Shown here in pieces: positions 39,246-53,298 of a stretch of 64,000 bases of DNA. The notes under the pieces are model-generated. The model was not told the origin of the DNA and made no database searches. It worked only from the letters and a program-made list of their open reading frames with translations. Every line of letters begins with the position of its first letter. The first letter of the stretch is position 1. The position numbers and the translations under genes were made by a program. Source of the stretch: Octopus vulgaris (lineage: Eukaryota); NCBI GenBank assembly GCA_951406725.2, contig OX597816.1, positions 50,158,001 through 50,222,000 of the forward strand, in the 5' to 3' direction.

Positions 39246-40249
39246 TATTAAACAACGAGTAATTCACATACGACTTGTGAATGTAGATGAATATATTGTT
39301 ACTCTTCTCAGTATTCCCAGATAAAACATTTGTGATGGAAAAGATTTAGTAGAATGAACCTACAATGACATCTAATCACTACTTATTTTTTCGACTAGAA
39401 AAGTGTTCTTTGAAGTCAAGGCATTGCAACAAATAAACACTATGACATACTTAATCTTTTGACCACCTTGTTTCCCAATTTGTCAACTTATTATCCAGAA
39501 TAAACGGGAAAATATTTATAGAGTAATTGAAAATTGAGATACTGATACGACGCTACTGATTCGTGGAGTCAGGACAATCGATTTAACGGCCTCTGTTACT
39601 TGACATGACTATTATTATTTATCGAGACACAAATTATGAAAATCAGACCCGATAAGATTGATTTGAACTGAAAATCTAAAGAGATCTCATAAAAAGCGGC
39701 AATAGATTTAGTCTGACAAAACAAAAATTCAACCTCTTTAAGTATTTTTATGAACATAATTTCCTTATATTGACAGAAACCTGCCAATTTATTAAGAAGT
39801 TGATACAGAAACTAAATCGACAGTAATATGCCATTGTTATGGATGGCGCCAGTCATATCGTCCCATAGCCTGAAGCGAATTAGCAACCCAACTATGCATG
39901 GATATGATGCACGTATGCTCAAGAATTGAATCTCATGAATTTAATTTGGTACTATGAAAGAAAGGACAACATTTCTGTGTATGTACAGTCATTAATTAGC
40001 TACTTTATGTACTTCTGAGCTCAAGGCAATGAAAGATCATATCTACTTTTATCTTTACTTCAAGGAATTGACTTTAGGGTAGTCCCAACTTTCACCGCTT
40101 CGTCACAGAAAACGAGAGCCATATTAAACTGTTTTGTACTGGTGAAGAATTAAAACATGATGGCCGCATATGTCGGAAAGGTATTTATCATACGTGTGCT
40201 CTATGTATGAGACCTATCACGAGGTGAGATTGAAATAAACTAAAAGCAA

Positions 40250-41265
40250 ATAAATTAAAAACTGAAATAAACTATGGGAACAAAAGCCTCTGCGTAGTAA
40301 ATATGTGGACTGTAGCAAATAAGCTGATGTAAACCAGAAGCACACTCATCATTTGATACGGTTCTCAGTGCTACAGGCAGAGAGTGAATGTTTTACCTTG
40401 GCTGCCCCAGATCAGAGAGTATTGACCCGGAACTACCAAGCCAATGTGATGAAATAGGATGTAGACCCAAAGTACCGATGCTGTAACGATGGGTTAGAAA
40501 CAAGGGATTACCTAATCACTGGATGTAAGGTTTTAGCAACTGTAGAGTACAAATCATGACATGACAGGGTTGGCCAATATCTACATAGGATAATGTGTCG
40601 GCATTATAAAATTTAAACTGCTGACAAATGGTACAAGCACCACCCTGAGGCTGTAACTGACATAGAAAATGTAACTATTATTTGGGATTCCCCAGTATGT
40701 AAAGACTGGATCATCAAAGGAAATAAACGAACAAGATATTGTTGTGAAAGACCAAAACAATGGAGGCTCTTTATTGATCGAAATGTGAGTAGTCTGTGAC
40801 CATAATATTTCAGCCAAAGAATTTCATAAGATCAGAAAATATAAATATTTGCAAATTGAAATTGAAAAGATCTAGCATCTGAGGACGGTTACAATACCAG
40901 TGATTGTAGGAGCATTTTAGAATGATCAAAAAAGGAACTGAAAATTATTTTAAAATGATCCCTGGCTTACCAGCCACGCAGGAAGTGCAAACGATTATCA
41001 TAACTGGTACGTCACAGATATTGAGAAGTATCTTGTCCCTGCGAATTTTCTTTCCTCTTTCCCTTTATTTAATTTGTTTAAAAAATTTAATTAAAAAGGA
41101 TTTTCTCCCTGTGTTCCTTTTTCCTCTATCACACGACTTTGTAATTGAACAATCTGGTGTGTTTATTTTGATAGCCTTACCAATGTATTAGGTACGTTTC
41201 TCTGCGCTAGGTGTTAGGAAGTCACTCAGCAAGAAGTGCAACCAGAATTGAAAGATGATGCTAAT
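40250..41265 (+). mobile_element. R4/Dong-like RLE LINE 3' part
   Basis: WEQKPL, ESECFTLAAPDQRVLTRNYQANV, RCC...LITGCKVLA..EYK, HHPEAVT, KYKYLQIEIEK and TGTSQILRSILSL. Followed by a degenerate (TAA)n. Confidence 0.9.
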
Positions 41266-41399
41266 AAAAATAATAATGATAATAATGATAATTTCATTAT
41301 TAGTCAGAAATGGTTTACATAAAGATAACACAATAGCATTTCAAGAGATGTGATTAGACAATACTATATACCTCAGTAAATGCTTGTTTCAATATATTA

Positions 41400-43410
41400 C
41401 ACTGTATAACAACAAAAAATTACGCAAGGTTGAGTAAGTATTTTCTTGAGGTAGTTTAGTTCGTAGATTCAGAAGATGAACTTCGTTTTACCGTCTCACC
41501 CACAGTTTTAATGCAAATTACTACTTTTTCTCTTCAGTAATTCAATAATTTAAAAACAATTTTGTTTCTAAATGCGCTAAAGATTTTCTTTAACAGGATT
41601 TTTTATATAGCTAAATATTCATGTAATAACTCTAACAAGCTTAAAAGGAATCGCAAAAATTCTCCAGATCGGTTTTGTTACGTTTGTGGAAATTATGTGA
41701 TTAAAAAACATCGGCTAAGTTTCACCGCACATACCAAAATATTTTACCATCTGCACTTAAAATGCAGAGTTGTTAGAGGCCAAGATAATAATTGAGCACC
41801 TCACATATGTTGTAAAATCTGTTCAAATTCGCATCCATCATCCAATTCAGAAGATTCAGATGACACAAATGCAGGTTTTAATGACTCATTTGAACTTGCA
41901 CAAATATCATCGGAGGCATAGTGTTTATAGTCAGACTGAATTTATAAATTTAGTACGGCATCTACGTTTAACAAAACAGCAAAGAGAATTACTCGCCTTT
42001 CGGCTTCAAGAGAAAAGTTTACTAAAAAAGTACGGAAGGATTTAGAGCTCGTTCTGATAATTTGCAGTACCATTCTTCAATGGAGAAGAATATTTAGGGA
42101 TTGTTTAATGACCTTAATATTGTCTACGACCTAGAAGAATGGACATTCTTTATCGATGCGTCTCTATGCAGCATTAAGTCTGTTCTCTTACATAATGACA
42201 ATACTTTTCCATTGGTACCCACTGTACATAATGTAATTTTAAAGGGACCCGACGAAACATTGGTTATATATTAAATAAAATACACTACGATGAACACGAG
42301 TGGGTTATATATTCTGAATTAAAAGTATTTGCACTATTAAATGGACTGCAAACAGACTATAGAAAATACATGTGCTTCCTTTGTTAATTGGATAATAGGG
42401 CAAAAACAGTGCACTATATCCGTTGAGAATGGCCATCACGGATGTACTAACACCAGGCTCACATAATGTTATTCGGGAAACTCTTGTCGAAAAATAAAGA
42501 GTTCTGTTGTCTCCACTACACATTAAATTAAGTATCATGAAGCCATTTGTTAAAGCTCTAAAACACGAACAGTCAGTAATTCAGTATATAAAAGGCACGT
42601 TTCCTAAATTAAGTGACACTAAAGTAATAGAACGCATCATTGTCGCACTGCAAATTCGTCAATTTATGATTGACAGTGATTTTGTTTCAACTATGAATGC
42701 AATAGAGTTAAAAACTTGGCATAGATTTAAGATCGTTTGCAATGATCTGTTTGGAAAACGAAGAATTGAAAACTACAGAACGTTCGTAGACGAATTAATT
42801 CGATCATATCAAATGCTAGGTTGTAATATGTCTTTAAAAGTTCAGTTTTTTATATTAGCATCTTGATTTTTTTTCCCGGAGAATGTTGCAGATGTAAGCG
42901 ATGAACATGGAGAAAGATTCCATCACGATATAGCTAAAACTGAAACTAGATATAAGTGTAAATGGAGTCCTGCGATGCTTGCAGATTCCTGCTGGAATCT
43001 CCGATCTGATGAACCAAATGTTAAACATAAAACGAATGTGAAAATATAGACAACAATAAACTGAAACAGAGTCTCTTATAAATGATTGTTCTTTTCCCCA
43101 TTCTTGTATATATAAGGATGAGTCTGCGTAAAGCAAATACGTTTAATAAAGAAAAAAAAATTACTTAAAACTCATAAAATTAGCCAAACTTTTGTGATTT
43201 AAACTAATATACTAAAAATATATATATCTTCATATATTAAACTTTAATAACAGTCACTATAAAGTTTATTTGATTAGAATATATAAAGTAAAGTATTTAA
43301 TTGCCATTTGCTAAAAATTGGTGGGTGATAGAGAAAACCTGACTGCAGATTCATGTTGAGCACACCCGATTCCATAAAGATAGCATAATAAAACAAAATG
43401 TTGTACAGTG
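41400..43410 (+). mobile_element. Chapaev3-type (CMC superfamily) DNA transposon, full length, transposase pseudogenised
   Basis: Termini CACTGTATAACA...TGTTGTACAGTG with a 3-bp TTA TSD (41397-41399 and 43411-43413). Motifs NSPDRFCYVCG, EEWTFFIDAS, KYMCFLC, SPLHIKLSIMKPFVKAL, GCNMSLK and HLDFFPEN.ADVSDEHGERFHHDI. Confidence 0.9.
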
Positions 43411-43714
43411 TTATCAAAGGCAAACATAATCGTCGAAGAAACTGAATCCAGAATTTCTAGAACTGGAACATATACCGCATAGTAAGTTTCCCAACAAGAG
43501 CTTTCATGATTCTGCCGATCATCTGAAATTCCAGATACCTAATTTAGGCACAACGCTATCAGTTTTGGGGATAGCCCTATTCCATAATATCATCTCCTTA
43601 TGCTTACATATATATCTATGAATACATAAATACTTATACTCACACACACACACACAAAAAACATTCGTATCTATATGTATTTACAAAAGTAATCACTTAC
43701 ACGTATATGTAAGT

Positions 43715-43780
43715 TCTAAGGTGCTGTGTTCAGGTCGCAGTCGGGTCTTCCCGGCGTGGGTTCGGATCCCACTTCTGACA
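43715..43780 (+). pseudogene. 5'-truncated tRNA-Leu(CAG) pseudogene
   Basis: TCTAAGGTGCTGTGTT-CAG-GTCGCAG (anticodon 43731-43733), variable arm CGGG-TCTT-CCCG, T arm GTGGG-TTCGGAT-CCCAC, 3' TTCTGACA. The first ~18 nt are absent. Confidence 0.85.
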
Positions 43781-43783
43781 ATG

Positions 43784-43816
<33 letters not shown>

Positions 43817-43821
<5 letters not shown>

Positions 43822-43915
43822 TATATATATGTATAATACATGTATGCATATACATTTGTATATATATAATTATATGTATAATATATATATTTATGCTTTT
43901 GTACATATATATATA

Positions 43916-43946
<31 letters not shown>

Positions 43947-44065
43947 ATTATATATATATATATATGTATAATAAATGTATGCATATACATTTGTATATAT
44001 ATAATTATATGTATAATATATATATTTATGCTTTTGTATATATATATAATATGTATATATATATA
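43817..44065. repeat. Tandem duplication (~130-bp unit) in TA-rich sequence
   Basis: ...TGTATGCATATACATTTGTATATATATAATTATATGTATAATATATATATTTATGCTTTTGTA... occurs twice. Confidence 0.8.
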
Positions 44066-44498
44066 TAATATGTATAATATGTATATATACATATATACAC
44101 ACATATATATTATATATATACGTTTGGGAAGTGTAAATATGTGGGAAGCAGTTAAAGAGTATATAAACAGAAAAAAACCCACACATACCCAAAAGATTCA
44201 CAAAAATAATCGAAGACCTAACGTTAAGAAGTGTCTAACTAGATTATATAATTTACCAAACCAACCCTACGGCTTTGTTTTTAGTTTTGTTCTTTCATTC
44301 AATAGAGTTTTATTTTGTTCGAGTTCATGTTTACTGGGATACATTCACTGCACAGTCATCTTCAACACAAATAAACTTAGAACACACAAACAAATATCGT
44401 TATCCGTCTGTGTCCGCTCGTTTCTGTGTGTGGCTCTGTGTGTATATGTATATATATATATACATATATATATATGCCAGACTCATTGAAAATGAGAA

Positions 44499-44557
<59 letters not shown>

Positions 44558-44755
44558 AATGTATATGTATGTATGTATACGTTCCATCACACACAGATTC
44601 GCACACACACTGATATTATTGAACATTGGCAGGCACGACAAATGATATAGATAGGCATATTGAAAGATACATACATACATACTTACATACATACATAGAT
44701 ACATGCATACATACATACATACTTGTCTATCTATCTATCTATCTATCTATCTATT

Positions 44756-44850
<95 letters not shown>

Positions 44851-45296
44851 TTATATACATACATATGAAAAAGGAGAATAAACGTAGAAAGCAAACACGA
44901 AGTATATAATAATAACCCAAGTCATATCGATCAATATGCCTAGCCTTCGATATCGTTCGAATTTTCTAGTTACCTCTCTATCTTCTTTTATTTCCTCTAT
45001 TCTCTTTTACTCTCTCTTCGTCTGCTCCTCTCTCTTTCTTCCTCTCTGTATCTTTCTCTCTTGGGAAACACTTTTCTTATTAGCATTATTCATTATTTCC
45101 TGGCAAATATTTCTCCTATACAATCGAGACAGTCCGCCACTACCTATCCTATTGTTTTGTGCCCTTCTGACGTCTCATTGTATCATTTGAAGTGAAATTT
45201 CTTTTGTCTTTCCTCCTTTTCATCTCTCACCAACTTCTAAATACATTAGATAGGCTCAGACGCACACTGTTCAGTCAGTTTAATTGTTTGTTTGAG

Positions 45297-45297
<1 letters not shown>

Positions 45298-45350
<53 letters not shown>

Positions 45351-45393
45351 CATTATTATCATTTTTCTTCTTGTTTTCTTCATCTTCTTCATC

Positions 45394-45457
<64 letters not shown>

Positions 45458-45475
45458 CATTCTTCTTATCATTAC

Positions 45476-45517
<42 letters not shown>

Positions 45518-45557
45518 CATTCTTCTTGTTTTCTTCATCTACTTCATCTTCTTCATC

Positions 45558-45621
<64 letters not shown>

Positions 45622-45674
45622 TATCATTCTTCTTATCATTACTATTATTGTTATTATTATTATTATTATTATTA

Positions 45675-45726
<52 letters not shown>

Positions 45727-45748
45727 CATTATTATTATTATTATAATT
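45298..45748. repeat. Compound (TTA)n array with repeated TCTTCTTGTTTTCTTCATCT inserts
   Basis: Directly visible; explains the poly-Y/I/L ORFs. Confidence 0.9.
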
Positions 45749-46024
45749 ATTTGTATATCAACGTTTGTATTTGTTGTTAGAGTTTCCTCTTGTTTTTGCG
45801 TCGTGCGATTCGTTATGAATTTCTTTCCTTTTTATATTCTCTCTCTTTCCTACGTTTTCTTTAATATTCCACAGTATTTGTTTCCTCTAAGACTCTCCCC
45901 AACGATGTGGTTACTGCACACTCACTTACACATATATTCCATCTCCCACACATAAATATATGTGCACATGCATGGATATATATAGGTAAGCATGTTTCTA
46001 TGTGCGTGTTTCTATGTGCGTGTT

Positions 46025-46068
<44 letters not shown>

Positions 46069-46244
46069 TATATATGTATATATGTACATATATATACATA
46101 CATACATGTATATATATGTATATAATTAGCTCAATTACCGCACACGGTAAGACAAACTCGCTTGGGCTTGACACCTATGGCATGATGTATACGTATATAC
46201 ATATATGTACACGTTTTTGTACACGTATATATATATATATATAA

Positions 46245-46342
<98 letters not shown>

Positions 46343-46374
46343 ATTGTTTGTTTTTGATTTTGTCGAATACACAG

Positions 46375-47131
46375 TATAGTAGGGTCAGCTGAGCACCGTC
46401 TGTGAGAAGAAAAGCACTACGACGCCAGAAACAACATGCTATACTGATAGGCATTCGCGCCCAAAGCTCCAATACGAATATTAAAGTGTGTTTGTGTGTC
46501 AGCCAATCTGAGGAAAGTGCAGTCTAAGGACAGGTACCGAGAATGATAAAAATCAAACATGTTATCAACAGCATCAAGGTGTTTTAAGAGTGCTCCCCAT
46601 GATGGCGAAGTTACGTCTCTATTTATCTTCGCATACGGGCCCAGGGTCAACACGGATGCCTTCGTCGTAGAGGTAGTGCTGCCCTAAGACAGGTAGGTAG
46701 CTACTGGAAGACGCTATATCTGGAACCAGGACTCTGATCAATGCCACACAATCAGGAGAACCCAGTCATGGCTGTCACACGGTTTCTGTAACCACATGAT
46801 CCCTAAAATATGGCTACCTAACTCCTTAGATTGCAACCCACTTGATTATTATGTGTGAGGTGCCATGGAGAAAACATCAACAAAACTCCTTGTAACACCA
46901 AAGATGAACTGAAGAGAAGGATTGTGGCAGCATTCACGAACTTAAACAAGTAGACCGTCCAGAAGAGTTGCAGGGGATTCTGATGTCAATCGCGATTTTA
47001 TTGAATAGATTTACTGTTTAGTTTTTCAAGATATATTTATTAAATTTTGGTTAATATATCAGTTAAAATGAGATATCAGTGTTATTTTCATTTCTACGTA
47101 ATTTAGACGACAACTTTTGCACCGCACTCTC
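46375..47131 (+). mobile_element. DD37D (maT) transposon remnant
   Basis: In-frame QDSDQCHTIRRTQSWLSHGFCNHMIPKIWLPNSLDCNPLDY has exactly 37 residues between the two Asp. 3' TIR CGTAATTTAGACGACAACTTTTGCACCGCAC. Confidence 0.9.
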
Positions 47132-47210
47132 TTTATGCATGTATGCAAGTATGTATGTATGTATGTATGTATGTATGTATGTATGTATGTATGTATGTAT
47201 GTATGTATGC

Positions 47211-47243
<33 letters not shown>

Positions 47244-47359
47244 TGTATGTATGTATATATGTATGTATGTATGTATATATGTACATATAGTTCTGATCTT
47301 TATCCAACAAATACAACATCTTGGAATAGTGGTTCACTTATAAGCTTGAATGAACCATA

Positions 47360-48970
47360 TTATTTGAAGCAAAATATTTTTTCTGGCTATAAAAAAATAG
47401 AACTAAATGTGATTGGCCCAAGGCATATGAAATAGGTATCACAAAAAAAAATCCGAAACCTCTTCAGCCTAAAGTTTTATTAAGCAGACTTTAAATCGTT
47501 TCAAAAGAACACACAGGTAAAAAAAATGTTTTGTCAATGTGCTTCAATTTAACATTATAGGAAACATAAAGGATTGGGATCAATAAAGAAAACCATACAA
47601 ATTTAAGTTTTACAAGAAGGACCAGCTAATATATACACGAGAATGTTATTCGTAGAGACTGAGGAATCCTTATGATGCAGAAAATAACGATCTCAAAACG
47701 CCAGACTAAACATCTTAATGTGTGCAAATATATCCCACAGAGAAAAGGGAATTCGAGTAAACAAAACTAAATTCTAACTTTCCTATGAAAAAGAGGATGT
47801 AGAGGATCTATATCGCAAAGTTACTAACTAATATGTAAAAATGTACGTTCATTTATAATAATTATATACTAATAACAATTAAATAAATGTACGTAACTAA
47901 ATTATCATTAAGAAATAAAAAAAATTATAAATTCAAATTCAACAATCAATAGTTATATAGAATACAATAATATTTCTTAAATTAAAAAGTTTACTTTGCG
48001 ATATAGATCGTAAAAATGATTTTTTATAATATTGATGATAATAGTGTTGATAATAGTAATAATAATTATTTTATAAAATAGGTTATACGTTTTTAATTTG
48101 AATTTTTCAATTCTTAAATTGTATTTCATAAATATATTCAGTAGATATCTATAATATTTATGTAAGTAAAAATGGACTAATTTATTTTTGGTTATATGTT
48201 TATACATTTATTGATAGAGAAAATTTTAGATTTTTAATTACTATATTTGTTGATTATAATTTAGATAATTATTTTTATGTATTTATTATTTTATAATTAT
48301 TATATGCGAACTAAAATCTAAAAATATTAATAGTGATTATTTTGTTAAATAATTTCGTAATTAAATATTGGAGTATAACAAAGTTAAAGATATTCGATAG
48401 TTTATTAATGTTTTTAAGCCAAATTATATATTCACAGATAAATACGTATTTCTTTATTTTTTTACTTTAAATATTAAATATTTAACATAGTAAATGTTTT
48501 GTATTAAATAATCATAATGTTTTACGTTTCAAATTTAGTTATTGGAGTTTTTCTATATGAAAAATTATTATTTTATTTATTTTAAAAATAAATATTATTT
48601 AACTCTATTTGCTTATTTATTTAACGATTATCGTTAACCTGAAGATTGACTATAAATTTAAATTGAATTTATTTCAATTGAATTTGAATCTAATTGTAAT
48701 TCGAATTGAATTGTAATCATGACGTGTACGTAGTTTTTTTACGTATTATATATTAACCATACATTTTTATACATTTTGAGATCTACTTTTATGTTTTATA
48801 AAAAATATATTTTATTTTTATTTATGTTTTGGTTTATGTCTATCACTGTTTGAGTTGCATAATAGAGGTCCTATCTCTAATTTATATTTCATATATTTAT
48901 ATTGTGAAATTTGATTTAATACTAAATTGAATTTTTCCCTGTAAATTTGGAGTTATATTCCCTAATACCA
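47360..48970 (+). mobile_element. Extremely AT-rich segment, possibly an old PLE 3' end with degenerate HHR
   Basis: aac-CTGAAGA-T-TGACTATA...TGTAATCA-T-GA(--)C-GTGTAC-GTA-gtt at 48636-48735. Weak IFEAK/IG/NRYH-like remnants near 47360-47445. Ends near (TA)n. Confidence 0.35.
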
Positions 48971-48993
48971 TTATAATATATGAAGATGTATAT

Positions 48994-49049
<56 letters not shown>

Positions 49050-49300
49050 TCTCATGTGTAGCCTTTTTCTAGAGTCGGTGTATAACTCTGTAGCAACTGC
49101 TTCATGCTTTCGAAAACACGCCCCTCAAACAAGCAAAAAAAAACTGAAAGAGATTTGCTTACTTATAGATATTTGGCAATAATATCGAAGATGGTACTGG
49201 TTTGAACGTGTTGTGCTGCTAACAACACTATTACTAGTAGATAATATTGTTACATGTGGTATTTCTTCCCGAATTTGTAGCAAATTTTAATTATTATTAA

Positions 49301-49361
<61 letters not shown>

Positions 49362-49435
49362 ATTATCATCATCATTCTTATTATCATTATCATTATTGTT
49401 ATTATTATTTTTATTGTTATTATTATTATTATTAA

Positions 49436-49542
<107 letters not shown>

Positions 49543-50560
49543 CAAACTAGATATCGGCTTCACTACGGACAAATACATATAACCTACTACCTTTTATTTT
49601 TTTTCTTTTAATTCTATCATGTAGATAATTTTTGTAATATTTCATAATGTGTGCAACATCATGGTGTCTTTGTTAGAAACAGGTCATTTTACTTGACAAG
49701 ATATCTCTTGTTTAAATCAGTATTAGCAAACCAATAACTTCAAGTCAACACAAGGGAAATAGAGAAACATTACTGATCAATGAAGAATTTCCATAACACA
49801 TGACAAGAGCTTACGTATGCTACTGTCTTAAGTGGATAGTTGACATTCTGCGTTTATAGTTGGCTAAGGAAGATGCTTATTTAAGGATCGGATATTTATG
49901 CATGGTGTATGTTTGTGTTTAGGCAATAATAAACGATTGTCATTTATATGGTAGTTCACGATTTATCCTATTCACCATAGTCGGTATCATATTCTATGAG
50001 GATATCAAGTGCAAATAGTATTAAACCAACTTAATGAATATGAACGATGATATGAATTTAGTATTATTCTTGTGCTATAATATCAACAAGTAGCCGTCTT
50101 GCTTACTGAATATTTACAATCTCAGGAATAATTTTGGTTAGAGCTAATGTATTTGGTTCATTCAAATTATGGCTATATAACATTTAATACATACAACGAA
50201 TGTAGTTCTCTCCGAAGATACGTTATTACTCTCATATAAATTGCATTTAATAATTTGCAATACCTGTCACTTGGCAGGTACTTTAATTTATCGAATCCAA
50301 AAGGGGGAAAGTTATAGTCGGCCTCAGCTTCTTTACGGATCATAAAGAATAAGAAATGTCACAAATTATATTGACCCACACACAAAAGCTTCTGCTGGTT
50401 CTCCACCACACCACTAACAAAGCCACTACGATCAACACCGCAGCCATCACCACCACCACCACCATCACCACCAATAATTATAACAATAATAATAATAATA
50501 ATATTAATATTAATATTAATAATAATAATAATAACAACAACAACAATAAATATAATAGTA

Positions 50561-50616
<56 letters not shown>

Positions 50617-50639
50617 TATAAATATAATAATAATAATGG

Positions 50640-50694
<55 letters not shown>

Positions 50695-50695
50695 C

Positions 50696-50870
50696 CGGAA
50701 GACAGTATTATTTGGTACATCTGGAATTCTAAGGAAGTTAATTTTTCTTTCAGTTACAGGAGAAGGAATTACTTGAAACCTTTGGTGATTTGTTATTGCA
50801 TCCTTTCAAGTAAAGGAGAGCCGGTAATTAAGATCTACCCGAGAGTCTTTTATAGCAATATTAATAAGAA
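50696..50870 (+). mobile_element. Short 3' end of an R4/Dong-like LINE
   Basis: KTVLFGTSGILRK-type terminus plus UTR, following (TAA)n/(GAT)n. Confidence 0.6.
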
Positions 50871-50879
50871 GGATGATGA

Positions 50880-51335
50880 TAAAAAGGTGTGTTTATTAAT
50901 TGACATGAGTATTCATTGCGATCACAATAAAGCGGCGGAAGTATTTGACAAGATCAGTAAATATAAAGACTTGCTAATAGAAATTGAAAAACATGTGGCA
51001 TATCAAGGTGACTACAGTACCAGTGATTGTAGGAACGCTAAGAATGATAGAAAAAGGTATTGAAACCTATATGGAAATGATACCATGCTTACCATCCCTA
51101 CAAGAAGGGTAAAAAATCGTGTTAACTGGAACGACTCCTGTACTGAGAAGAGCATTATCGCTGTGAAAACAACATCCATACATGAATTTATTTATTTGTT
51201 TGTTTTTTAAATACATATGTTACCTGTGAATTTGCGCGTGTAATCTGTGAATGCATACAATGAGCTCTGTCCTAGATGTACGGAAAAAACTCGACGAGAA
51301 ATGGAAGAAAATTTGAAGAAAGAGAGAAAAAGCAA
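50880..51335 (+). mobile_element. R4/Dong-like RLE LINE 3' fragment
   Basis: KKVCLLIDMSIHCDHN...KISKYKDLLIEIEK, TVPVIVGTL and VLTGTTPVLRRALSL*. The UTR matches 14620-14755. Confidence 0.9.
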
Positions 51336-51774
51336 TAATAAAATTATGCCCTGATGCATTACAAGGAACTGGCTTCTGGTCTCAACTGATTGGAAGTGTT
51401 ATCATGTACATAGTTTTGTCATGGTATAAAAGAGGGCTACAGCAAATATTCTGCTTAATACCACAGACTTGCTTATCATTTGACGTTTACCAGTTGTGAA
51501 TATCCCTTAGTGACTGACGATATGTCCATCTCTGAACGCCAGCAGAAGCAGTGGGAGAGCATCATAGCCATGTGTTAAAAAGAATCCTTTGCACTTTGAA
51601 TAATTCATCTCTGGAACCATAGGTGTTTCGCTCAACATCCTAAAACAACCCTTATTCAAGGACCATTTGTGCGGGACGGGCTACTCGACCTGGAGGAAAG
51701 TCTAACTAGATAGGTATGATTCGTATATTTTCTCCCAGTGTCACTTTGATGACATGCCCTACTCTCTCACTCAC

Positions 51775-51858
<84 letters not shown>

Positions 51859-53239
51859 CAGCAATAACTATAATAACAGTAGTAGCAGCAACATCATTAT
51901 AAGAACAATACAAAACAAACGAACTCATTGAACGTCATCATTGGTGATATTTTCATTAAATTCAGAGATCATAAATATACATTTGAAAATAAAAGTTACA
52001 CATAGATGAAACGTTTCCTGAAATAATAATACAAATAAAAATAACGAGATTACTTGAGGTTCATTGAGATGTGGCAGATAATGACAAATATTCGTAAAAC
52101 ATTTAATACAAATACAAAAATATCGATATTCATAAACACAAACTTTACAGTAGATATTTTTAAGTTGTAATTTACAGGAAAGGTATGAATTTAATATACG
52201 AAAGACAGTTCACGATGATGTTATCTTTGAAGAGAAATCGAAATCGAAGGAAAGAATAAATGAGTGTACTTGTAGGTATGTACGTAGTAAGTACGTATAA
52301 ATTTGCTTTTAAGAACGTGTATATGTACGTACATAGGTAGTCTGAATGAATGTGTGTGAAACACACACACATATATATACATATATACATACATACATAT
52401 ACAAACATGAATACACACATAGATACATATGCATGCAAAAATATCTACATATAAGTGTGGACTAGTGTGTATGCCACCGTTTCAGTGTTTGTGTGTTTGT
52501 GCATTTATATATATACATGTGTTTGTGTACGTATATGTATGTGTATGAATACGAATGCTGTAAAATTTAAGTTGCTTGATGCAAAAACTTTGTGTCTGTT
52601 TTATGTATTTGTTGGAATCTTTTAATAAACCAAGTATAAGATATGCCGAATTTAAACAGACTAAAATTTATATATTGCACTTTCTCTCCAGAAAATCTTC
52701 GTTATCGAAAAATGTACGATATTTTAGAAAACTATACTCTGTAAGTAAAAATATAAAAGACCAAAATTCGACGATACTATGCCTCCCCCAAATCCTGGAA
52801 ATTAGTTCTGTGAGTTTATTTATGAATTTATAAAAAGTATTTCCACATTTCAGTGAAGGTCACTTATAACTGCCACTCGGGGTTTCCTCCCTTCAATCGT
52901 TAGGAAATGAGGATTCTGTCGAGCACGTGATGTGGTGTGACCTAGTGGTCAGGGTGTTTGACTGCTGGACTGGATGGCGCGTTGTGTTCTTGAGCAAAAC
53001 ACTTCATTTCACATTCGTTTAATGGTGTGCGGGGACCAGCATATCAAAGAATAGATCTAACGCATATTATGCCTGCCGTAAAATGTGACTAAATTTGGTG
53101 AGATTAGATTTGCAGTCCGACCTCGTGAAACCCTCACCCATCAGCAGCGACTACTCAAACCAAACCCACAGGTTGACCAGTTATCGCCTGAATGACAAAT
53201 GGTTGATGCTGCGACGCTCTTTTACAGCACAAAACCTCG

Positions 53240-53298
<59 letters not shown>

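Noticed and set aside
47820-48960. Possible NUMT
   Set aside because: No recognisable mitochondrial tRNA, rRNA or protein motifs; only the composition is similar.
50356-51063. 235-aa ORF, the longest in the window
   Set aside because: Chimera of trinucleotide repeats, one LINE 3' end read out of frame and a second LINE RLE fragment.
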